Source: Chromera velia (Eukaryota). Taken from it: a stretch of 58,310 nucleotides of DNA. Location of the stretch: positions 1 through 58,310 of the forward strand of contig JAHBMJ010000062.1 of NCBI GenBank assembly GCA_018398765.1, in the 5' to 3' direction. Each line of letters begins with the position of its first letter. The stretch's first letter is position 1. A program made the translations under genes and the position numbers. The notes beneath the pieces were generated by a model. It was not told the origin of the DNA. It did not search any database and was given only the letters and a program-made list of their open reading frames with translations. This document shows positions 49,375 through 58,310 of this stretch, piece after piece.

Positions 49375-52300
49375 AAAAAAGAAAGAAAGAAAAAAGAACG
49401 AGACGCGCAAGGTTTCAACCATCTCTCTGTCGCCCTTTCTCTTTCATTAGCTTTCAGTCACGTGCCAATCCTCGCTCCAGACAGACACATGCCCATCAGA
49501 TATTTGGCTCCCCCCAGCTTCCTGTGTGCCACACTTCCTCACTGACTGACTGACTGACGGCTTCTGTACGGGTCCACCCGATAATGTCGCCATAGTTTCT
49601 GCAAGGGGGGCCGAACAAGAGAAAAGGAAAACGGTAAGTGTGACGTCAATTTGTGTGCACAAGACGAGTGGAGAATCGCTCAAAAAAGGATGGAGAACAC
49701 AATTGGTAAGGCGGCCGCAATCAGGCAGAAAAACAGCGAGCTGGTGCTTACGGAATCTCCCCATGTAAACCAACTCTATAAAAAAGAAGGGAAAAAAACG
49801 AAGAAAGCAGACAGACAAACGAACAATCAGACAAACGGACTTCGTACAGCGGGAGTCCACTCCATACTTAGCGTGGCCCTGCAAGCAGCCAGACAGACAG
49901 ACAGAAAGAGGGACACAAGGGGAAAAACCCGGTGGCCGGTCTTCATGTGGTTTGCTTCTTCTAACGTGGCACGCCTGCAAAAACCTGTCAGAAAAGGTCC
50001 AAAGTCCCGTCCCCCAATTCCTTACTCTCAGCAGGACAAACGACACCGGCAGTCACGCAGAGAAATCATGCCATGCAGCACAGGCAGGAAGGAAGGAAGG
50101 AAGGAAGGAAGGAAGACCCGCATGCCGACGTGGCTGCCTTCAGCTCTGTCTGTCCACGTCCCCCCTTGAAAGAGAAACTCATTGCACTCTTCCCTTCCTG
50201 GAAGCTGCGTGTGTGCCTTACTGACAAATGGGTTGGCCTCCTTGGAGTTCCCTTTGTTCTGCCAGGTCAAGATGTCCCCGTTGTCTCTGCAAGAGGGAGG
50301 GACAGAAAGTCCGTAGGGAAGCAAAGAGAGAAAACAAAAGTGAGTGAGTGAAGGTGAGGTCTCGAAAAAAACGCGTGAAGGAGAGGGTGAAGTGGAAACC
50401 GTCTCGCGAGAAAAAGGAAAGGGCAGCAGAGGCCAACTTGACGTGATGCGACGACTGCCAGGACGACTGTACGTTTGCCCGTCCGTCTCTTCTCCTTTTT
50501 TTCTGACTCTTTCAAATTTTTGTTTTCGAGACGGACAGACATATCTACTGACGGTCTCATTTGGTAGAAACGCCCCTTGCCCGAATGAGCCTTCAGCTCT
50601 GCCTCCAGAGTGCTGATGTCCGCCTCCGTGCAAAAGGGGGGCTTCACGTAGTACCTGCACATGTGGATTCATTATACGTGCAGAATATCAGTATGCGTGC
50701 AGAATAAATCCATATGCGCAAAAGGGGGGCTGAAGTCATGCACATCCTTCTGAGAGAATAGATGGATGAGTTGACCCACACGTCGCATCATTGCTGAAAC
50801 GACTGAAACGAATACGACATTCCAGGAAGTGTGCGCAACAAAAGAGTTTGAACTCTCTGAAGCATGCACTCTCCATACTCAACAGATAATTTTTGCAAAA
50901 AACCATTAAAGCAATTACAGGGACGCGCACAATCAGTCATTTCCGCAGATTTGGAGGAAAGTGCAGTCTCGATGGCGTGCGCTCTCTTCCCCGAACTGAA
51001 AAAAGGAGAGGAGAATCATTGCATCTCTCGTTCTGACTGTGAGAAATAACGATTTACTTCCTGAACAAAAAATTGAAACAGAGATTCTCTCCCCTCTCCT
51101 CCCCTTTGTCCCCTGACTGACGCTTCCGTCATGCCGTCTCCCTCGCACTTCTCTGCAGTGCCTCCCCCTTCACCCCCAGCGCCCTCACCGTCGACCATCA
51201 GCCCGTGAACGGTATCGGGTACCTGCAGGCATCGCGCATCACCATTTGTACATGTTTACCAACACACATCCACGCGAGCCAAGTTCTTCTGTAGAAATCC
51301 ACACGTTGCTGCAAATGAAGCCGCACAGGACCAATTCTCACAGAAAAAAAAGAGAGAGAGCTGATCCCGCGAACAGAAGGCCAGCACAAAGAGGAAGCAT
51401 GAACGTCACGAACGAGCAACGAGGAGCAGGAAGAGAGAAGCTTTTTTTTTTCGTCCTTTCCCCCCAGGCTCACCGCAACATAATGGCACTTTGCCGAGTT
51501 CTCCTTCACTCCAGCGCTCCCGCCTGCACAACCATCAGACACCAACAACAAGAAAATAGAAAAAACATCGTTTCTGTAGGGTGATAGCAGCGCTGCCTAA
51601 TCAGCCGTCTGTTGTATTTCACACTACGCGGAAAGACGATTTCAAACTTCAGAAAAATCTCACTTCAAACGCGCTTTCTCTCTTCAACTCGTCTTAGCTG
51701 TCCGTCGTCTCCTTCCATTTGAGTTCTTGAAACGCTTTCATTGCATGCCCCCCTGCTTTTAGTCACGACTTCAGAGCGGCATGCCGTAGGTTGGAGGGCA
51801 GAAGGAACCTGGCAGTCAAACAATCAAGGCGCGACACTGATACGATACAAATGCACGGAAGGAAGACCCATGCAGCAGGAGAAGGGAGGGAGGGAGGGAG
51901 GGAGGGGACCAGACGGACAGACAGACCTGCAGGCTTGACACCGTCTGCGCCTTCTTGGGGCTCCGGCCTCTCTCTTTCTGCCATCGGGAGCGACGCCGCC
52001 TTCACGGCCATCTCGTACTGAGCGGATTCCGGAGGCGCCCCGTTGCCCTTCGTGAGGGATTTGGGGGACTCCGAAGGGGGGAGGGGGGGATCCTTGCAGT
52101 AGAGAACGGTGCCAGGCAGAGGGGAGGGGGGGGCGAGGATGAAATCGTAGGGCTTCCGGTGGAAGGCCTCGAGGGGAGGCTGCGGGGACAGAAGAAAAAA
52201 AAAGTGGATTCACCAATGAAATAAATGAGGGTGGGTGGGTAGAGACAAGCGAGAGAGAACAGGGAGGCCGGACGTTAACCTGACTTGTTGTTTGGCTCTA

Positions 52301-52654
52301 TGATTCTCTGTCTCCTTAGATTGATGTCCAAATTGGTTTCTTTCTCTGCCTCCTTTTCCTGGACCGCTGCAGCCTGTCTGTTGCCGAACTTCCTTTGCGC
52401 GGCATCGTTTCCTTCCCTGTCCGGTGTCTCTAGAGACAGAACCCCCTCTGCTTTTCCTCTCCAGTCGCTGCATGCATGTATGAGAGCTGAAGTCAAGGTA
52501 CCTACCTGTTGTCTGTAGATGGCGCACATGAAATCCCGAAATCTTCCTCCGTGATGACTCTCATGGTCTTTAATCAGGGTGTCCAGCTGCACACACACGC
52601 ACACACATACATACCCATACACACTCACACACGTACACACACACACACACACAT

Positions 52655-52703
<49 letters not shown>

Positions 52704-53033
52704 CAGAGAGAGAGAGACGGCGGTGGCGCTTTCAGATGAGCTGCTTTGATTTTTTGCACTCGGTGTCCTAGTGAGACGTTGTGCATTCCCATCTGCTGAA
52801 AATGGTACATGAAACCACCGCACTGCTCATAGAGAGAGAGGGAGGCCCCTTACGATCCCCCTCACCCACGCACCTGTGTCGAAGCGAGGACTCCAAACTT
52901 CGAGAGCTCTCTACGGAAGACGTTAGCAGGAATCACCCCTGCACATACAGGCAGGCACATGAATATTCATACACACATATACACACTCATTCGCCCATGC
53001 GGAGAAAAGGAGGGAGGGAGAGAGAGAGAGAGA

Positions 53034-53067
<34 letters not shown>

Positions 53068-54226
53068 GGGAGAGAGAGAGAGAGAGAGATGTGAACCAGA
53101 ATGGGGGACAAGCTGACGGACCGTCGACGTAGTCCGAGACAGCCCGTTTGATCAGGCTCACTGTCTCCTCGTCGCTGTCCGTCCCCTCTTTCGGGGGGCG
53201 AGGAGGTGACCCTTTGCGCTGAGCTGCAAATGAAGAAAAGGAAAGGAAAGTGGGAAACAAAGGAGAAAAGAAGAAAGATGCAAGAGGAAAGGACCATGAC
53301 ATGACACACAGCCTGCCCGCTTCCTTCCAACCACTTTCACATCTACTCACTTTCTCCTTTATCCCTTTGATCTCAGATACTCACTCTGCACGCGCCCTCC
53401 GTTCTTTCAATGCACAGACAGCACTCACATACAAGTCTACCCAATGCCGAACCCATTTATGCAGTCCCTCCAATGCATCCGCACTCCCTCCCTCACTCAC
53501 TTTGCACAGAGTCGAGGAGGGTGTTGATCTTCACCTGCAGAAACGAAGGGGAAAAGCCAAACAGGGGACCCAGCTGAATGCAAAGAAGAAGAAAAAGCAA
53601 AGCGTCCCTTTGCAACGCCGAGTCCCGCTCTACTTCTTTCTCCCCCGAGGCTCTCTCTCCATGCCGAACATTCGGAGGAAAGGCAGGCCCAAACGGACTC
53701 CACTGCCAACCCAGTTGATTCATTCCTCCCTGCTCCGTCCTCTCGAATTTCCGTCCGAATTCATTCGAATTTCCCTACAAATACAATACAGGCCGAGAAA
53801 GAAAGAAAAGAAAGAAAGAAAACAAAGAAAGCAAGAAGGACCTCATCTCTCCAGGCAATCGGGTCAGGGCAGCACTTTCCCTTCTGGATCTCTCTGCGGG
53901 CCTTCGCGGCGCTATACGGAGGGACCCCGCCTTGAAGCTCCAGTCTTCCCTTCCTGTCGGTCGTGTCTGTGGCTTGAAGGGCCTGCATGTGCATGTGCAG
54001 GTGCATCAATCGACAGAGAGAAGGGGGGTAGGGGGATTTGTGATCATGCTGCGGCATGTTTTCCGGAGCTTTGTGGAAATCGGCGTCTCATGCTCGGTTG
54101 TGTCGGGAACTTGGAGTTTCCATGGGAAATGTCCAATCACGCACGCACATACACACACACACACACATACACACACACACACACACACACATACACACAT
54201 ATACACACATACAAACATGCACACAG

Positions 54227-54260
<34 letters not shown>

Positions 54261-55998
54261 ACACACAGAGAGAGAGAGAGAGAGAAAGCAACCATTTTAC
54301 AAAGCAGGAAAGACCGAAATGGGAGCAAGCAGAAGTCAGCTTCAGATTTTCCCCCTCCCTCCCTTTTGAGTGCCCCTTTACAGCTCCTCCACCCACCTGT
54401 ATAAAAACGGAGAATTTGAGAGATCTGGAGGGGCCGAACTGCGACAGAACCTTCCGAAGTTCTGGCGTCTCTGGAATCCCCAATTGCTGCAAAGAAGGAA
54501 ACAAGCGTTATGTGCGGAGACAGACACAGGTTTTCTTTTCTTCGTTCCTCCTGGTGTCCCTCGTTCCCCCCTTGAAACAGATGAAAGCGCAGAAGGACGC
54601 ACAAAGAGGAAATGCATATATGAGAGAGGCATACGTCCGTCCATGCATGGAGGATTCTGACTGCGTGTCCAGATTGGCGAAATGAGGGAACGAATCAAAA
54701 AGATGCAGCACACGGAGGAAGGAAAGGGTTATCAATCCTTCGTGACCGCGCGTCACACCCTTAACTGCACATGCAGACCCGACTCCTCCCCCCTACCCGG
54801 ACGTGCGCCTTCAGGTCCTCATGATCCAGGTGGCCTCTGTCGTACTGTGCGAAAAGTCGTCTCAGGTTGTCCGTGTTGGCAGCGATCAGCTCCCGAATCT
54901 GCAGAAATTCCAGAGGGAAGAGAATGAGTTCATCTAAATCGCAGCCTATTCCCGCTTTGTCGGGGGCTGAAGTCGGAAGAAAGTGGGCCGAAGCAAAAGA
55001 AAGGAGGCACGCACATTTCAAGGGAATCGATCTGAGTTGTACTCACTGTATGCATGGAAGTCCGCCTGACTGACTGACTGACCGCTGCCGGGTGGCTCAT
55101 GTCAATGGGCCCTCCGTCGAGTTCGGGGGGGTTGTACTTGTCGGACTCGGGTTCGGGGGGAACGATGATGGGCCCTGCCGAGGACTGGGCGGCCTTGTAC
55201 CTGCATCCAGCATCCAGGAGGGGGGTGGGTGGTTGCATGGGCCTCCTGCAATCCTCTGAAAAGGAGGATTTGTCAGAGAAAACACTCAAGGCGGGGGTAT
55301 CTTTGCTCACGACGCTTCCTCAGTCGTGTGGGTGACTTGCGTCACGTGTTAGCAGATTCTCTACTGTCTCTCTCTTGCCTCTTTTCGTCTGTTACGCGCT
55401 CTTCTTGCATTTCTCTCGTGTATGTTCTCGGCCCTGAAACTGTCGCCTCCGCTCATTGATCTTTCTTTGTGCGTAGAGCAACGAAAGACTCGGGAGGAAC
55501 CAGGAGACGGATCTTCTGTGCGACCAGAAAGGGATTAATGACCCCGAAAAGGAATGGCACAAACGTGGCGTGACCGAAGAAGAATAAGCCTACTGTCTCT
55601 TCTACTGACTGGGGAGTCAGGTTCTTGATCAGATCCTTGTAGTACACATAGCCGTCATCCATGACCTTGCAGTCCTCCATCACGGTGTCTGCCTCCTTGC
55701 TTCCGAGTTTGATCCCAAGATCCTCCAAGACTCTGTAGAAGGACCCAGCAGAGATCAGGCCCCTGAACCACTTGTCGTAACTTCTCAGAGCTGCACTCCA
55801 GGAAGAGCGGAACGGGGAAAGAGGGGGGTGGAGCAATGAGTGAATCGGAAAAAAAGAGGCGTTTGCGCGATGTTGCTCAGTCTGCTCACCGTCGCATACG
55901 ATTGGTTTCAGCAGGTGCGGGTGCACCTTGATGGCATGTGCTTTCTGGGTGAAGTTCATGTCTTCAACCGCTTTGGTGGGAAGTGTATACTTAGACAT
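47773..55998 (-). CDS. Multi-exon protein with three degenerate EF-hand pairs and C-terminal GxIxxW / PFxT short motifs
   Basis: ATG 55998; exon 55998-55890 splices in phase to 55790 (IVCD-ALRSYDKWFRGLISAGSF...MDDGYVYYKDL). Further exons encode LRRLFAQYDRGHLDHEDLK, LGIPETPELRKVL..LKFSVFIQ, VSDYVDG-VIPANVFRRELSKFG, GDILTW, GNIINW, CPFGT. The 3' end is uncertain. Confidence 0.7.
54141..54285. repeat. Intronic (CA)n(GA)n microsatellite
   Basis: Directly visible; a similar tract lies at 52590-52716. Confidence 0.95.
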
Positions 55999-56223
55999 GG
56001 TGACTCTGCAGAATTGGGTTCCCGGCGTTTTCCTCTAAGCCTCCTAGAAGGAGCAAGACAGTTCAACCGTTGCACAACAAAAATTCTCTGGCTGTGTTAT
56101 CGAAGCAAGTGACTGAACAAAAGAGGGTGAAATCAAAACTTCCTCATCTAAACCCGAGAGATCACGTGTGAGAAGGAAGGGATGTATACACAGCAAAGTG
56201 CGTGAGTGAATTAATCGCCTAAG

Positions 56224-56542
56224 GAGCTGCATATGAGGAATTATGAGGATGACTGAGTTTGATATCCCGCGTTTGAAGGAAATTGAAGGAATGACTCCGA
56301 TCGAATCATTCGAATGAGAGGGAATGGTGGCGCAATGGGGCAGGTGGCGCCGGCGTCGCGGCGCCGCGGACGCGCGCGAATTAAATCCGGGGCGCCGCCG
56401 CGCACGCCGGGTCCGGCCCGTCCAATGCATGCCGGGGCCCGGCCTGCGTGGGCCTCTCAATGCGCGAGCGCACGCGCGCGTGCCCCCGCGCACATCATGC
56501 CCCGGCATGCATGCCCCGCAACGGTTTTTTTGAGCTGCATAT
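56224..56542. mobile_element. Possible 297-bp GC-rich insertion flanked by 11-bp direct repeats
   Basis: GAGCTGCATAT at 56224-56234 and 56532-56542; very GC-rich core ending in T7. Confidence 0.4.
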
Positions 56543-57537
56543 TCTTCTTGCATGCTTCTCCATGCTTCTCCCAGTTGCTCTGTCTGACAGACAATTAAGT
56601 TGTATGTAGTTGTATAGTTCAGATTCCACAGCCTACGGCCTACTGCCCTGCTCGCCACACCAATATGCGGACTCCACGTTAGATTTTATCTAGACGTTTT
56701 TAATATTATCTCGTGATCTGAACATTAACCTTATACACACAATGACTATACTTCTCACACATGCTCCAGTGTTTTAAGGGTTTATATTCATGATTACGGT
56801 TTAAGCCGCATCATGATCATAGAGGCACTACCAGTCACGTCGGCCCCTAATTGAATACTACTCGTACGAGGACCTATGCTCCTGGCGGCATCACCTCCTG
56901 CCCCGAAATCCCAAATATAGGCCTAAAAGGGCTACGCCCCACCAACTAGCTAGACCGTATTCAAAGGATGGGCTGCCCAAAGGAAGGCCACCATGGTGCA
57001 ACGCCAGCGGGAGGGTGAGCGGGGAAAACTCAATTACTCGACATAAACTCTCGTCCGGCAACCAGAAGGCAAACGAACCCACGTCACTTCGCGGCCCATC
57101 CACTCGGGAATTTTTGGTACCAGAACTTTAAGACCCCTGCCAAATTTTCGCTTTTTTGCCCCCCCTTACCAAACTTTCCCACAAAGGCTTAAATAAGGCA
57201 AAAAACACTGCTGAAATCAAAACATCTGACCTATTGAAGGCTGATTTTCTCTAGTCTTCAATACCAAATATTCCCGAGCTGAAGACCCCTTACCAATTTT
57301 TTCAGAGTGGATGGGCCACGCTTCTGTGAAAGAATCGAAACAGAAGAGAACGGAAGCGCTGCAAAGCCATTGCGTGTTCTTAAATATTTTTGGGCAGCTG
57401 CATGTTCTTTTAAAAGCCATCGCCTTCCGTGACCTTGGTCACGTTGAGTGCTGCAACTCTGTCTCCGTGACCATCACCTCACAGTCTCTACCATAGGAGT
57501 CGAAGGGATCCCTTGAGTGAGTGCAAATTAAGAGGTA

Positions 57538-58310
57538 ATGCTTACTCTTCCTCCCACCGCGGCCTCGCCTCCACCGAACAAGTCTCCGCCGGAGGAGGGT
57601 CCGCATTCTCCTCCACGGCTTCACGCAGGACGGACAGAGGTACAAGAGCAAGGGCAGATAGACGCGTTCGACCAAACCGACATTCCTTTTGTGCTCGTTC
57701 TCAACAGTCAGTACATCAACTCGATCGAATTTGTCTATGAGTCCTTGAAGGAGGTCTATGGGTTGCCATGCGAGGCTACAGGGGGTGAATGGGGCTCCTT
57801 GACATGTGCTGAGAAGTGTCTTTTGAAGCTTCTTGTGCTCTCTTTTAAAGAGCTCTGTTCAAACTCCATCTAGATTCCCCGGTAGCTGGCGAGGGCGATA
57901 TGTTAGATATTTTCTGCTCGAACAGTTGTCCACCTTCCCTCCGAAATGCTAAGGGATCCGGGAGGGTCATCGTTTGGAGAGTCCCCAAGTCCGAGAAGGC
58001 CATGGAAAAGCTCTGCTACATCTCTACCCCTTCTCAGAGATCTCATAACAGAGATCCAGCGTACTGCTCTTCCCCGATTTGCTGAGTCAGAGTTTGTCTT
58101 CAGTGCTCCAAACGAGGCAGCAGATCTTGCTCGTGATCTTGCATCTGTGCATACGTGCACTCCGCCTTCCATTCCTCTCATATGTGTACACTCTCTGGGC
58201 AACACTGCACTTTATGTGGGGGGGGTAGTGGTTCTGCGGGAGGGGGAGCTTCAAGAGGTAACAGAGTTCTTCTGCTTCATTGAGTAACTGAGGGAACTTC
58301 TGGGACTGAA
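57538..58310 (+). pseudogene. Stop-interrupted ORF of unknown product (probably repeat-derived), runs off the window
   Basis: ORFs 57538-57873 and 57946-58287 share one frame separated by three TAG codons, followed by a TAA; intron-free and protein-like composition. Confidence 0.5.

Overview
Eukaryotic nuclear DNA with GT-AG introns full of microsatellites. Gene style and domain content point to a chromerid/apicomplexan-related alveolate such as Chromera velia (inference, not verified). Main contents: (1) a decayed minus-strand LTR retrotransposon (5511-12886) with Copia gene order and Copia RT/RNase H, but a Gypsy-style integrase with a GPY/F-like module and an extra Tudor/PWWP-like segment; (2) one very large multi-exon minus-strand gene (36434 to about 15747) encoding a secreted mosaic protein: signal peptide, CCxCGGG module, Ig/cadherin-like stretches, PAN/Apple, acidic spacer, two 309-aa units of three novel Cys modules plus TSP1, sushi-like, ricin-like, and a Cys-bounded hydrophobic loop followed by a long helical C-terminus; (3) a complete but mutated tyrosine-recombinase retrotransposon with split direct repeats A1-B1-A2-B2 (36860-44432) that appears to carry spliceosomal introns; (4) a cluster of nested MITEs; (5) a multi-exon EF-hand-like gene (55998 to about 47773); (6) a stop-interrupted ORF at the right edge. 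The repeats show an extreme C>T/G>A transition bias that is not limited to CpG, suggesting a RIP-like repeat-mutating system. Most short ORFs in the supplied track are microsatellite or antisense artefacts. All domain calls are by-eye motif recognition and no searches were run.
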